Assembly (NCBI GenBank): GCA_963540815.1 | Contig: CAUTQY010000004.1 | Coordinates: forward strand, 15,995 to 79,994 | Reading direction: 5' to 3' | DNA: 64,000 nucleotides | Source: an uncultured Bacteroidales bacterium | GTDB taxonomy: Bacteria; Bacteroidota; Bacteroidia; Bacteroidales; P3 | Shown here: positions 36,351 to 46,292 of the stretch, one piece after another | How positions within the stretch are numbered: position 1 is the stretch's first letter | How the letters are laid out: each line of letters begins with the position of its first letter | Translations under genes and position numbers: made by a program | The notes under the pieces: model-generated | Told to the model about the DNA's origin: nothing | Database searches by the model: none | The model's input: the letters and a program-made list of their open reading frames with translations, nothing else

Positions 36351-37727
36351 TTATAAACGATATACATTTGAAGAAGTCTTTGGATTGTCTCCACGAACAC
36401 GTCCCAAATAAGATTGAACGCAGCGGAATCCTATGTAACTCTTACCGGAATCTTGATATTCGTAACTACGAGTTGCTGTTTGTATAAAGTGCTTGCCATC
36501 CTTCCAAGAACCTCCGCGAACAACTTTTCTTTTCATTATTTGGTCTTCATCGTCCGCTGCACGATATACGTTGTACTGATTAAGGTCATGAGCAAAGTTA
36601 TACGTAGATTCATCAAAAGCATCCTCACACCACTCGGCAACATTACCTGCCATATCATACAAACCAAAATCGTTTGGAGCATAGTGTGCCACAACAACCG
36701 TGGTTGCGCCTCCGTCGCCGTCATAGGAGCCTCTAAGAGGTTTGTAGTTGGCAAGAAAACAACCTCTTCCGTTATTCACATACGGACCGCCCCAAGGGTA
36801 AGGAGAACCGTCTACTCCGCCTCTTGCTGCATATTCCCACTCTGCCTCGGTAGGCAAACGAAAATCTTCGTAGCGAGCATAGTCGGAATTTTCCAAATAG
36901 TTATTCATTTGCAAGGTTCTCCATACGGAAAAGGCCTTAGCTTGAACATAACTTACACCTACAACAGGGTAATGGTCATAACGTGGGTGGTCAAAATACG
37001 AACGAGTTGCGGCATCGTTATAGGAATAAGCAAAATCGTGTATCCAGCAGAGAGTATCCGGATAGATGTTTATTCTTTCCGTTGTAGTCAGACGTTTTCT
37101 ACCACCTGCCAAAGACTCTGGACGATTATTGAACTGAGAGCCTCTAAACTCTACATTTGCCTGTTCGGCAGAAAAATCTTTCTGAGCAGCGGCGTGGTAA
37201 TCTATCCATGAATATTGGTATATCATCTTTGCAGCGTCCAACTGAGACTTACCGTAAAAACGTTCATCTTGTTTTATGTACAATTCAGACAAAGCCTCTC
37301 TCTCGTCCTCGTTTTTACTATTCCAATTTATTTTTGCCTTCCAATTTATCATAGGTGTCTCCAAATCCTGCCCCCATTGGTCGGCTTCTATCAAATACGT
37401 TTCGGGAGAGACCTCACCCAATAACCTATAAGCAATGGAATCCCTCACCCAATAAACAAATTGTCTGTATTCGTTGTTTGTTATCTCTGTCTCGTCCATC
37501 CAAAACGACTGAACCTGAACGGTTTTAGGTTCATATTTGTATGAATGATAGACATCCTCGTCCGCACTTCCCATTGTAAAACTTCCCTGAGGAACATCCA
37601 CCATGCCATACGGTTGCATATCCAAAACGGTCGGTCTGTCTTGTACTCCTATAAGTTCTCCCTTATCCGAACTACCACAGCCAAACATCACAATAGCGGT
37701 CAATAATAACAGAACTAACTTTTTCAT
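36351..37727 (-). CDS. porK: T9SS lipoprotein PorK/GldK (FGE-sulfatase/SUMF1 fold)
   Basis: 458 aa. Lipobox MFGCGSS followed by GELIGVQDRP....PYGMVDVPQGSFTMGSADED...VQVQSFWMDETEITNNEYRQFVYWVRDS. The C-terminus is RGGSWKD...GFRCV. The size and the GEL.GV N-terminus favour GldK/PorK over the longer GldJ. It sits directly downstream of a PorP/SprF gene, as in the porPKLMN arrangement. Confidence 0.65.
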   Translation of the reverse strand: MKKLVLLLLTAIVMFGCGSSDKGELIGVQDRPTVLDMQPYGMVDVPQGSFTMGSADEDVYHSYKYEPKTVQVQSFWMDETEITNNEYRQFVYWVRDSIAYRLLGEVSPETYLIEADQWGQDLETPMINWKAKINWNSKNEDEREALSELYIKQDERFYGKSQLDAAKMIYQYSWIDYHAAAQKDFSAEQANVEFRGSQFNNRPESLAGGRKRLTTTERINIYPDTLCWIHDFAYSYNDAATRSYFDHPRYDHYPVVGVSYVQAKAFSVWRTLQMNNYLENSDYARYEDFRLPTEAEWEYAARGGVDGSPYPWGGPYVNNGRGCFLANYKPLRGSYDGDGGATTVVVAHYAPNDFGLYDMAGNVAEWCEDAFDESTYNFAHDLNQYNVYRAADDEDQIMKRKVVRGGSWKDGKHFIQTATRSYEYQDSGKSYIGFRCVQSYLGRVRGDNPKTSSNVYRL

Positions 37728-37840
37728 TTTATGTTTATTTTTAAAAATTCTTCAGTGTTGTTTTACGTTAAATTTATGTTTTTGTTTCATTTTTTATCAT
37801 TATTTGAAATAAAACACAATTTTTTATTGTCTTTGAATCA

Positions 37841-38854
37841 CTACATTTTTATGGTATTTCTATAAATGGTAGGCGGATTCGGAGGATTCTCTATCTTGAA
37901 GCAATACCTTGCAAAAACCTCAAAAGAACCGGAAGCCTGAGTTGAGATTCTCGAGGTCGGAATATCGTAAGACATACCCACTTTAAAGTCTTTGAAAGAA
38001 AAACCTGCGAGTATCATAATAGCATCCTGCACCCTATAAGAGAGACCTCCCCAAAATCTGTGCTCGTATTCTGCCAAAAGAGTAGCATCCACTTGATAAG
38101 CATTTGCCGAAGAAAAATCTGTTTTAACCAAAGTGGAGGGCAAAATTCTTATGGAAGGATAACTTGGTAATGTCCATTCATAACCTGCCAATATGTAGTA
38201 GAATCTTCTGTTGTTCCAATGTAGTTTATCACTTGGGGTTTGCATTAATTTACTTGCGGCAAAACCCAAATATAATTTACCGGGAATTTGATAGTAGATA
38301 CCGGCACCCAAATCAAAAAGCATATCGTCAGTTTTGGATTGCTGTATTAACGGGTCATTGGTTTGTCCTACATTATCATTCTCATCAAATTGGTCGGCAC
38401 CTATGAGTTTGCCTGCATCCAAACTTGAATTGAATAATTGAGCCTCTACGCCTATAGACAAATTACCCGTAGGTAATTGTATTCTAAACGCATAATCTAT
38501 TTTGGCATGAATATTGTTCCAAAAGCCTATTTTGTCCGAAATAATAGTTGCCCCTATTCCTCCATGCAAAAAACGAACAGGCATATCAAAAGATATGTTC
38601 ATAGTTTCTCCGGCAGATGCCCCCGTACCCTGTCCGTTTGGGTCGGTAAGAGAAAGCCCCATCCATTGATTACGATAAAAAGCGGTAACACACATAGCGC
38701 CATTACTTCCGGCGTATGCGGGATTATAGGAAAGCCTATTAAACATATATTGCGTAAACTGAGGCTCCTGTTGTGCATAAACACTACTAAAACCTATTAA
38801 GAAAAATACAATAAAAAAATATATTATTATATATGCATTATTTACTCTATTCAT
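37841..38854 (-). CDS. porP: T9SS membrane protein PorP/SprF family
   Basis: 337 aa. Signal peptide, then QQEPQFTQYMFNRLSYNPAYAGS (the family hallmark) and a beta-barrel-like remainder. Confidence 0.8.
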   Translation of the reverse strand: MNRVNNAYIIIYFFIVFFLIGFSSVYAQQEPQFTQYMFNRLSYNPAYAGSNGAMCVTAFYRNQWMGLSLTDPNGQGTGASAGETMNISFDMPVRFLHGGIGATIISDKIGFWNNIHAKIDYAFRIQLPTGNLSIGVEAQLFNSSLDAGKLIGADQFDENDNVGQTNDPLIQQSKTDDMLFDLGAGIYYQIPGKLYLGFAASKLMQTPSDKLHWNNRRFYYILAGYEWTLPSYPSIRILPSTLVKTDFSSANAYQVDATLLAEYEHRFWGGLSYRVQDAIMILAGFSFKDFKVGMSYDIPTSRISTQASGSFEVFARYCFKIENPPNPPTIYRNTIKM

Positions 38855-38916
38855 AAACTAAAAATGGTCCCATGTTTTTCCGTCATAAAACTTTATAAGT
38901 ATAACAGAAACAAATG

Positions 38917-38924
38917 CAAAAGTA
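38917..38924 (-). promoter_or_regulatory. -7 box (TACTTTTG) upstream of porP
   Basis: caaaagta on plus, 62 nt upstream of ATG 38854. Confidence 0.45.
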
Positions 38925-39023
38925 TATTTTTTTTTCTAACAAAGAAAATTTATTTATCAGTTTTTTGTATTTTTTTTACATATAGTATTTCATTGTCTTT
39001 ATTACAATCTATTTTTCAATAAG

Positions 39024-39764
39024 TTATGTATTATTATTGTTTTTATTTTTTATTATATGTGCAGAATTGTACCGTCTTCTTAATTTTATTAAATTTAACG
39101 TTGCAACTTCTTTACTAGCAAACGGACCTATCAAAATATTATAGAATGTTTCATTATATACTTTTTCACATTTGCTTTGTTGTTTGTATTCTTCCGTCAG
39201 AGAGGAAAGTATTTTCATTGCCTCTTTTTCGCTATCTACGGTTAGCAATTTTATATAATACACCGTATCTAATATGACTTTATTTCCCAAACTCTTATAC
39301 AAAGAATCCATGTAATGCGTCCTATACTCTTCGTTCATATTTGTAGCATCAAACATGGCAAACAACTCCTCTTGTTGTGCCCATAGTTGTAGGTATTCCT
39401 CCGTTAGAATCTCCATTTTTACGGTAGCTACGCCTGCGGCAAGCAAGTCTATTTTTCTTGCGGCATTTTTGGACAAGTCTATAACACCGTCACGTGCACA
39501 CCTGTCATTGATTCTCACAAGTATGGAGCGAGAAGTTTTAGGATTGGTAACTCTTACTACTGTATTAAAAGGCAAGGCTCTGTGTGCGGCGGTGTAAAGT
39601 TTTTGAGAAAATTTTTCTCCGCTGGAGGTATATTTGTTTTCAAATCTATCGTGATAGTAAGTTGCCTTAATGCTAAGCGTTTTCTTTGTCTGAGCAAACA
39701 AGGAAATACAGACAAATAAAGAAATTATTATTGCTAAGATTTTAATATTAAATGATTTTACCAC
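39024..39764 (-). CDS. rlpA: Septal ring lytic transglycosylase RlpA family protein with a C-terminal SPOR-like domain
   Basis: 246 aa. ATYYHDRFENKYTSSGEKF...AAHRALPFNTVVRVTN..TSRSILVRINDR is a DPBB domain. The C-terminal ~75 aa look SPOR-like. Confidence 0.8.
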   Translation of the reverse strand: MVKSFNIKILAIIISLFVCISLFAQTKKTLSIKATYYHDRFENKYTSSGEKFSQKLYTAAHRALPFNTVVRVTNPKTSRSILVRINDRCARDGVIDLSKNAARKIDLLAAGVATVKMEILTEEYLQLWAQQEELFAMFDATNMNEEYRTHYMDSLYKSLGNKVILDTVYYIKLLTVDSEKEAMKILSSLTEEYKQQSKCEKVYNETFYNILIGPFASKEVATLNLIKLRRRYNSAHIIKNKNNNNT

Positions 39765-40276
39765 TCTCTTGCTTTTTCGTTAAACCATTGTCCCTGTAAT
39801 CTTAGGACTTGTTCTATGACATCTCTCACACAGCCCTCTCCGCCTTTCTTGTCCGAGATGTAATCCGCAACTTGTTTGATTTCTTCTGCTGCATTGGAGG
39901 GGCAAGTTGCCACGCCGGAGTTCAACATAATATCATAATCCGGTATGTCATCCCCCATATAGAGTACGTTTTTTTGTGTTAAACGGTTACATTCCAAATA
40001 GTTTTTGTATACAGACAACTTCCCTTTTGCTCCCAAGAAAACATCCTCTATTCCCAACATTCTTAACCTTTGCTCAATACTTATGCCGTTGCCACCGGAA
40101 ATAACCGCTATTTTATATCCGGATTTTAGTGCATGTTGTATTGCATACCCATCTTTTACATTTCCACTCCTTATCAAAAGATTATCTCCCGTAGCATATA
40201 TCATACCGTCCGAAATAACTCCGTCATAATCAAAAATAAAAGCCTTTATATCGTGTAGTTTTACCTTATAATTCAT
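39758..40276 (-). CDS. kdsC: 3-deoxy-D-manno-octulosonate 8-phosphate phosphatase (HAD-IIIA)
   Basis: 172 aa. IKAFIFDYDGVISDG, VISGG, YMGDDIPD and GGEGCVRD fit KdsC. Confidence 0.8.
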   Translation of the reverse strand: MNYKVKLHDIKAFIFDYDGVISDGMIYATGDNLLIRSGNVKDGYAIQHALKSGYKIAVISGGNGISIEQRLRMLGIEDVFLGAKGKLSVYKNYLECNRLTQKNVLYMGDDIPDYDIMLNSGVATCPSNAAEEIKQVADYISDKKGGEGCVRDVIEQVLRLQGQWFNEKAREW

Positions 40277-40293
40277 AAATTAACATGTTTTTA

Positions 40294-41259
40294 TTAAAAA
40301 TAATTATGTTCTTTCAGATAGTTTAAAACATAATCTTTTACACCCTCTTCTATGCCGACAAAATCTTTCTTATAGCCAACGCTTCGCAATTTGTTTATAT
40401 TTGCGCAAGTATAATATTGATATTTTTGTCTTATATCCTCAGGCATAGGAATAAAATTTATGCTAACTTCTTTATTGAGTGATATGAAAATATTTTTCAC
40501 CAAATCGTAAAAACTTCTCGCCCTACCTGTTCCAACATTGTATATATCGCTTTGCGGTTTATTTGTCATAAGAAAATAAATAACCTCTACAACGTCTTTT
40601 ACATAAACAAAATCTCTTAGTTGCTCCCCATCTTTTATTCCGTCTTTATGAGATTTAAACAAAGAGACCTCTCCCTTTTGCATTATTTGATAATAAGCGT
40701 GCATAACCACAGAAGCCATTCTTTGTTTATGGTATTCGTTCGGACCGTATACATTAAAAAATTTTAACCCTGCCCAAAACGGAGGTTTTTTTTCTTGTTT
40801 CAATTGCCAAAGGTCAAATTCTTGTTTGCTTTTGCCATAAAGATTCAGCGGTTTTAGCTGTGATATATTTTGTAAATCGTCCTCATAGCCACTTTCTCCG
40901 TTTCCATAAGTTGCAGCCGAAGAAGCGTAAATAAAAGGAATATTACCCGAGGTACAAATCCGCCAAAGAGATTTGGAATAATTTAAATTGAGTTCCAAAA
41001 ACGTAGCCCAATCCTTTTCTGTAGTATCACTTCTTGCGCCAAGGTGTACAACAAAATCTACTTGCTCTGGGTGTTGCTCAAACCATTGCAAAAAATCCTT
41101 TCTGTCAATAGCTTGGGAATATTGTTTATTTTCATAATTTGCCTCTCTGTCTTGTCTGCCAAAATCGTCTACTATGATTACGTCCCTTATGCCCTCGTTG
41201 TTAAGTTTGGTAAGCATACAACTGCCTATAAAACCTGCAACTCCCGTCAATACTTTCAT
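40294..41259 (-). CDS. hldD: ADP-L-glycero-D-manno-heptose 6-epimerase
   Basis: 321 aa. VLTGVAGFIGSCMLTKLNNEGIRDVIIVDDF, YASSAATYG, YGKSK and a C-terminus typical of HldD/RfaD. Confidence 0.75.
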   Translation of the reverse strand: MKVLTGVAGFIGSCMLTKLNNEGIRDVIIVDDFGRQDREANYENKQYSQAIDRKDFLQWFEQHPEQVDFVVHLGARSDTTEKDWATFLELNLNYSKSLWRICTSGNIPFIYASSAATYGNGESGYEDDLQNISQLKPLNLYGKSKQEFDLWQLKQEKKPPFWAGLKFFNVYGPNEYHKQRMASVVMHAYYQIMQKGEVSLFKSHKDGIKDGEQLRDFVYVKDVVEVIYFLMTNKPQSDIYNVGTGRARSFYDLVKNIFISLNKEVSINFIPMPEDIRQKYQYYTCANINKLRSVGYKKDFVGIEEGVKDYVLNYLKEHNYF

Positions 41260-41264
41260 TTTAT

Positions 41265-42581
41265 TTAGTGATTTAATTTTTTTATATACTCTATTTGTTT
41301 TTCATAAACTTTTCTCCAGCCCTTCCACTCCTTGTAATCGGACAAAGACTCATTGTGCCAAATACTAATTAATTCTCCGCCAACCCTATATACCTCATCT
41401 ACTATCATTTTAATTTTTTCCGTAGCCTGAGTCGGAGACAGATGTAGAGAATTTTTTAGGGCCGTGTCCATAAAAACAAAAGGATGTATTCTGAGTTTGG
41501 TTTCGCAATCCCTTTCCAAATCATAAAATTGAAAAGAATGGCAAGTTCCGGCTCTAAAGCCCACTCTATCCGAATAGCCCATAGAATAATCTTCAATTAT
41601 TCCGTTTTCTATTAAACAATTATAAGAATCGGGCAAGTGAAATCTTAAATAATGAAATCTTGAATCCGTTATATTCTTGTGTACTATGTTCTTCAACAGT
41701 TGTATTTGAAGGGGTAATCTTTCCAACTCATCACACACATAATAAGAAGGATGTATTCCTATATCAGTATAATCAGCCATATCTTTTATTGACAACTGAA
41801 ATTTTGTACAGTAAGGAGAGATACCTTTATCATAATCGGAACAAGAAGCTATCAAATAAAATATCAATGTTTTTAATTCATTTTTGCTTATAGCGCATTG
41901 TAAGAAAGCAAAGCAATCGTAAGGGTCTTGTTTATGAAAAAAAACTACTTTTATTCTTTCCCAACAAGAATAAAAGTCACCTTTTACAACATCTCTAATA
42001 AAACCTCCCACACTCCTATATAAACCTTTACCTCTATAATAATAAGCCATATCTACGTCTATGGTATTTATAAAGGAAAATTTATTTTGCAAAAAAATCT
42101 CCTCAGGGTATTTTTCCAATATTTTGTCTTTGAATTTGTTTATCCAGATGTCTACCACAGGCTTTTCCAAAAAATTGTACTCAAAAGCCAAAGATTCTTC
42201 GGCAGAAAATCTCCCATGTTTATCGGCGATGAACGGCAGATATTCTTCATACCTTGAAATCATATAAAACACGGCGGCAAAAACATCAAAATCCAAAAAA
42301 TCTTCTTTGCCGTAACTCTTAAATAAATAAGGAATACCTTCTTTTTCAAAATAATTTAAATCCCAATTTATAATATCGGTTTCAAATAAAAGATTTGTTC
42401 TTGTTATGTGTAATTCGTCATATATTGCCTGTTCGCTATATGATAATTTTATTCCTTTTTCGGCAATGAAGGTATCCTTGTTTAGGGTTACCATATAGTC
42501 TATTTTTAAAACGTCTTTAAAAATAAAACTAAGCGTATACCCCAATCTGTTGCTATGTTTATCCGTGTAAATAACGAGCAT
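41265..42581 (-). CDS. Hypothetical protein, possibly polysaccharide deacetylase-like, in the LPS cluster
   Basis: 438-aa ORF tightly packed between lptB and hldD. The family assignment is only a weak recollection (N-terminal I.T...SNRLGYTLSFIF pattern). Confidence 0.4.
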   Translation of the reverse strand: MLVIYTDKHSNRLGYTLSFIFKDVLKIDYMVTLNKDTFIAEKGIKLSYSEQAIYDELHITRTNLLFETDIINWDLNYFEKEGIPYLFKSYGKEDFLDFDVFAAVFYMISRYEEYLPFIADKHGRFSAEESLAFEYNFLEKPVVDIWINKFKDKILEKYPEEIFLQNKFSFINTIDVDMAYYYRGKGLYRSVGGFIRDVVKGDFYSCWERIKVVFFHKQDPYDCFAFLQCAISKNELKTLIFYLIASCSDYDKGISPYCTKFQLSIKDMADYTDIGIHPSYYVCDELERLPLQIQLLKNIVHKNITDSRFHYLRFHLPDSYNCLIENGIIEDYSMGYSDRVGFRAGTCHSFQFYDLERDCETKLRIHPFVFMDTALKNSLHLSPTQATEKIKMIVDEVYRVGGELISIWHNESLSDYKEWKGWRKVYEKQIEYIKKLNH

Positions 42582-42584
42582 TGT

Positions 42585-43307
42585 TTATCTTAATTCAAAG
42601 TTGTCTCCCAAATATTTCCTTCTAACCTCAGGGTCCGAAGCCAACTCCCTTGGCGAGCCGGCCTTGAAAACCACCCCTTCTATTAACAAATAAGCTCTAT
42701 CCGTGATACTCAGAGTCTCATGAACATTGTGGTCAGTTATCAGAACTCCTATATTTTTATTTTTTAGAGCGGACACTATTGTTTGTATATCTTGTACGGC
42801 TATGGGGTCTACACCCGCAAAAGGTTCGTCCAAAAGTATAAACTTTGGGTCGGAAGCCAAAGCTCTTGCTATCTCTGTTCGTCTCCTTTCACCTCCCGAA
42901 AGCTGATTACCTTTGTTTTTTCTTATTTTTTGTAAAGAAAATTCATTTAGGAGATTCTCCATTTTCTCTATCCTCTGTTTGGGTGCATAGGGTTGAAACT
43001 CCAAGGTGGCCATAATATTATCCTCAACACTAAGATTTCTAAAAACGGAGGCCTCTTGTGGCAAATATCCTATGCCATTCTGTGCCCGTTTATACATGGG
43101 CATATCCGTTAGGTCTGTTTGGTCCAAAAATACTTTGCCTGAAAAAGGTTGTATCATACCCACTATCATATAAAAAGTAGTGGTTTTACCTGCTCCGTTG
43201 GGACCCAAAAGCCCGACTATCTCCCCCTGATTTACCTCTATGGAAACATCATTAACTACAACTCTTTTTTTATATTTTTTTACTACCGATTGCGTATAGA
43301 GTTTCAT
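42585..43307 (-). CDS. lptB: LPS export ABC transporter ATP-binding protein
   Basis: ORF track 42585..43328. The start is moved to ATG 43307 ([12 protein letters not shown]...) because the upstream codons are the promoter box. Motifs: Walker [15 protein letters not shown] (LptB-typical), signature LSGGERRR, Walker B ILLDEPF. Confidence 0.9.
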   Translation of the reverse strand: MKLYTQSVVKKYKKRVVVNDVSIEVNQGEIVGLLGPNGAGKTTTFYMIVGMIQPFSGKVFLDQTDLTDMPMYKRAQNGIGYLPQEASVFRNLSVEDNIMATLEFQPYAPKQRIEKMENLLNEFSLQKIRKNKGNQLSGGERRRTEIARALASDPKFILLDEPFAGVDPIAVQDIQTIVSALKNKNIGVLITDHNVHETLSITDRAYLLIEGVVFKAGSPRELASDPEVRRKYLGDNFELR

Positions 43308-43325
43308 ACGGTTAAGTATTTTTTG

Positions 43326-43333
43326 CAAAGTTA
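43326..43333 (-). promoter_or_regulatory. -7 box (TAACTTTG) upstream of lptB
   Basis: caaagtta on plus, 18 nt upstream of ATG 43307. Confidence 0.5.
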
Positions 43334-43461
43334 CAAAAAATATATAACAATAAAATAAGTAGTTATCTTATTACCTATAAAAACAATGACAGAAAGCCTC
43401 GGTTAGCTATTGCTCCAATCAAACGACAACAAAAAATGTCTCTTTTTTTTAGACTACTTGT

Positions 43462-43503
43462 ATAAAAAACAAGGGAGTTTTGCAAGAAAACAAAACTCCC
43501 TTT
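43462..43503 (-). terminator. Intrinsic terminator downstream of infC
   Basis: On the minus strand the sequence is AAGGGAGTTTTG tttt cttg CAAAACTCCCTT, followed by GTTTTTTATA. Confidence 0.7.
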
Positions 43504-43511
43504 TGTATGTT

Positions 43512-44084
43512 TTATTTATTTTTCTTCACAGGTGTTATTATCATCATCATCTTTTTGCCTTCCAATTTCGGCATCATTTCCGGTTTTCCATAATCCAAGA
43601 GCGCATCCGCAAACTTCAACAACTTTTCCTCTCCTTGCTCTTTGTACACTATAGTTCTTCCCTTAAAAAACACCTCAACCTTAACCTTACTTCCCTCAGA
43701 CAAAAAGCGTTGAGCGTGTTTTAATTTAAAATCAAAGTCATGGTCATCCGTCTGTGGTCCGAGCCTTATCTCTTTTACAACCATCTTTGCAGACCTTGCT
43801 TTACGCTCCTTTTCTTTTTTCTTTTGTTCGTAAAGAAATTTTTGATAATCCATTACTTTGCAAACCGGCGGATTGACGGTTGGTGATATCTTTACCAAAT
43901 CCAGTCCGTCATCGTAGGCTATCTTCAAGGCTTCTTTAATATTACATATCTTAGGTTCAAAACCCTCTCCCACTACTCTAACTATGGGGTCTTTAATAAA
44001 TTCGTTTATTTGATGAGCGGGTTCTTCCCTCCTTGGCCCCCTTCTGTCAAATTGCCTACGTTGTTGATTTTGTGTTTCTATAAT
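43512..44084 (-). CDS. infC: Translation initiation factor IF-3, with a non-canonical ATT (or adjacent ATA) start
   Basis: The ORF track starts at GTG 43973. However, the conserved N-terminal segment HQINEFIKDPIVRVVGEGFEPK is encoded in-frame upstream of that codon. The frame is open only from the TAA at 44106-44108, and it contains no ATG/GTG/TTG before 43973. The first near-cognate codon is ATT at 44084-44082. The rest is canonical IF3 (PPVCKVMDYQKFLYE, KEIRLGPQTDDHDFDFK). Confidence 0.8.
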   Translation of the reverse strand: MIETQNQQRRQFDRRGPRREEPAHQINEFIKDPIVRVVGEGFEPKICNIKEALKIAYDDGLDLVKISPTVNPPVCKVMDYQKFLYEQKKKEKERKARSAKMVVKEIRLGPQTDDHDFDFKLKHAQRFLSEGSKVKVEVFFKGRTIVYKEQGEEKLLKFADALLDYGKPEMMPKLEGKKMMMIITPVKKNK

Positions 44085-44135
44085 TCTGTCCTCCCTAAAT
44101 TTTAATTATTAATAATTATTTATATGTCAATTGTA

Positions 44136-46073
44136 TTATTCCGCAAGTTCTTTTCTTATTTCGTTATTAAGATATTCCGCAAAACTTTCCACACCCATTA
44201 CTCCCTTATCTCCGATGTATTTCTCTCGCACGGACACTGTATTTTCCGTTTGCTCTTTTTCTCCGACAATAAGCATATACCTGATTTTTTTCAATTCGGC
44301 ATCTCTTACCTTCCTGCCAGTCTTTTCATTTCTATTATCTATGTCTCCTCTAAGTCCGGCTTGTTCCAAAATACTTTTAACTTTTTGTGCATATTGTTCG
44401 TATTTTTCGCTAATAGGCAATATGATAAATTGGTCGGGGGCAAGCCAAAGGGGAAACTCTCCTGCCGTATGCTCCAACAAAACGGCTACGAATCTTTCCA
44501 TGCTACCAAAAGGCGCCCTATGTATCATTACCGGACGATGTTTGAGATTGTCTGCTCCGGTATACTCCAATTGGAAACGCTCCGGTAAATTATAATCTAC
44601 TTGTATGGTACCAAGTTGCCATTTTCTTCCCAAAGCATCCTTAACCATAAAATCCAACTTCGGTCCGTAGAAAGCGGCTTCACCTATTTCGGTAATGGTT
44701 TTTAATCCTTTCTCTTCCGTAGCCTCAATAATTGCCTTTTCAGCCCTTTCCCAAACTTCATCGGAACCTATATATTTTTCCTTATCCTCCGGGTCACTCA
44801 AAGAAATTTGGGCAATATAGTCCTCAAATTTCAGCGTCTTAAAAATGTAGAGTACTATATCTATGACTTTACAAAATTCTTCTTTTAGTTGTTCCGGAGT
44901 GCAGAAAATATGAGCGTCATCTTGAGTAAAGCACCTTACCCTTGTCAAACCGTGTAACTCTCCGCTCATTTCATACCTGTAAACCGTGCCGAATTCCGCT
45001 ATTCTACAAGGTAAATCCTTATATGATTTCGGACTTAGTTTGTATATCTCACAATGATGAGGGCAGTTCATGGGTTTTAACATGTATTCTTCTCCCTCGT
45101 TTGGCGTTTTTATTATTTGAAAAGAATCTTTGCCATATTTCTGAAAGTGCCCGCTTGTCTTATATAAATTGACATTTCCTATATGCGGAGTAATGACTTG
45201 TTGATACCCGTATTGTTTTTGTACTTTCGTTAGAAAATCTTGAAGTCTGTTTCTCAAATCCGTACCCTTGGGCAACCACAAAGGCAAACCTGCTCCCACA
45301 TTTTGAGAAAAAGCAAATAACTCCATTTCCTTACCAAGCTTTCTATGGTCTCGCTTTTTAGCCTCCTCCAATAAAGCAAGGTATTCATCAAGCTCTTTTT
45401 TCTTTGGGAAAGTAATGGCATACAAACGTGTAAGTTGCTCTCTGTGTTCGTCACCTCGCCAATAAGCACCAGCCAAAGAAGTTATCTTTATTGCCTTTAT
45501 AGGAGAAAAATCTATTAAGTGGGGTCCTCTGCAAAGGTCAATAAAATCCCCGCTTTCGTAAAAAGTTATAGTGCCGTCTTGCAAAGCGTCAATTAATTCT
45601 ACCTTATATTTTTCCCCTCTTTTGGTAAAGAAATCCAAGGCCTCTTGCTTGGAAACATTATGTCTGACAAGCTTAACACCCTGCTTTACCAACTCTTTCA
45701 TTTTTTCCTCTATTCTGGTAAAATCCTCCGTAGAAAGCGTTTGATTGCCAAAATCTATATCGTAATAAAAACCGTTTTCTATAGCCGGCCCTATGCCGAA
45801 TTTGGCATTTGGGTACAAAGCCTGCACAGCAGAAGCCAACAAATGGGCGGAAGAATGCCAAAAAGTTTTTTTGCCGTCTTCATCGTTCCAAGTATTCAAT
45901 TTTAAATAACAATCCTTTTGTATCGGTCTGTTTAAATCGGTAATCTGTCCGTCTATAGTGGCAGAAAGTACATTACGTGCCAACCCTTCGCTAATACTCT
46001 TTGCAACTTCCAAAGAAGTTACATTTTCATTATATTGTCTTACACTACCATCAGGTAAGGTTATATTTATCAT
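44136..46073 (-). CDS. thrS: Threonine--tRNA ligase
   Basis: 645 aa. TGS domain, editing domain (HSSAHLLA), class II motifs (FRYE..G.L.GL.RVR.F.QDDAH; GPKLDF; MIHRA.FGS.ERF) and an anticodon-binding domain. Confidence 0.95.
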   Translation of the reverse strand: MINITLPDGSVRQYNENVTSLEVAKSISEGLARNVLSATIDGQITDLNRPIQKDCYLKLNTWNDEDGKKTFWHSSAHLLASAVQALYPNAKFGIGPAIENGFYYDIDFGNQTLSTEDFTRIEEKMKELVKQGVKLVRHNVSKQEALDFFTKRGEKYKVELIDALQDGTITFYESGDFIDLCRGPHLIDFSPIKAIKITSLAGAYWRGDEHREQLTRLYAITFPKKKELDEYLALLEEAKKRDHRKLGKEMELFAFSQNVGAGLPLWLPKGTDLRNRLQDFLTKVQKQYGYQQVITPHIGNVNLYKTSGHFQKYGKDSFQIIKTPNEGEEYMLKPMNCPHHCEIYKLSPKSYKDLPCRIAEFGTVYRYEMSGELHGLTRVRCFTQDDAHIFCTPEQLKEEFCKVIDIVLYIFKTLKFEDYIAQISLSDPEDKEKYIGSDEVWERAEKAIIEATEEKGLKTITEIGEAAFYGPKLDFMVKDALGRKWQLGTIQVDYNLPERFQLEYTGADNLKHRPVMIHRAPFGSMERFVAVLLEHTAGEFPLWLAPDQFIILPISEKYEQYAQKVKSILEQAGLRGDIDNRNEKTGRKVRDAELKKIRYMLIVGEKEQTENTVSVREKYIGDKGVMGVESFAEYLNNEIRKELAE

Positions 46074-46164
46074 ATATTTTTTCTTTTTATTTCTCTTATA
46101 AGGCTAAGTCAAAATAAAGCTTTTTTTTATTCACTCTCTATATTATATAGCACAAGAGTGGTTG

Positions 46165-46172
46165 CAAAATTA
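46165..46172 (-). promoter_or_regulatory. -7 box (TAATTTTG) upstream of thrS
   Basis: caaaatta on plus, 91 nt upstream of ATG 46073. Confidence 0.4.
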
Positions 46173-46261
46173 CAATTTTTTTTCACAACTATATTTTTTT
46201 TTGTTATTTTTATAAAAATAAAATGTCACACAAGTGTTTTTCTTTCAATATAATATATTTG

Positions 46262-46269
46262 TATCTTTG
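46262..46269 (+). promoter_or_regulatory. -7 box (TATCTTTG) upstream of the pseudouridine synthase gene
   Basis: TATCTTTG lies 23 nt upstream of ATG 46293. Confidence 0.5.
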
Positions 46270-46292
46270 CAAACGTATATTTGTAAAGATTT

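Noticed and set aside
36414-37211. A 265-aa plus-strand ORF.
   Set aside because: It lies entirely antisense to the well-supported PorK/GldK gene. It has no motifs and an odd composition.
43308-43511. A search for rpmI (L35) downstream of infC.
   Set aside because: Minus-strand translation in all frames gives only short stop-ridden peptides. The interval holds a terminator and the lptB promoter.
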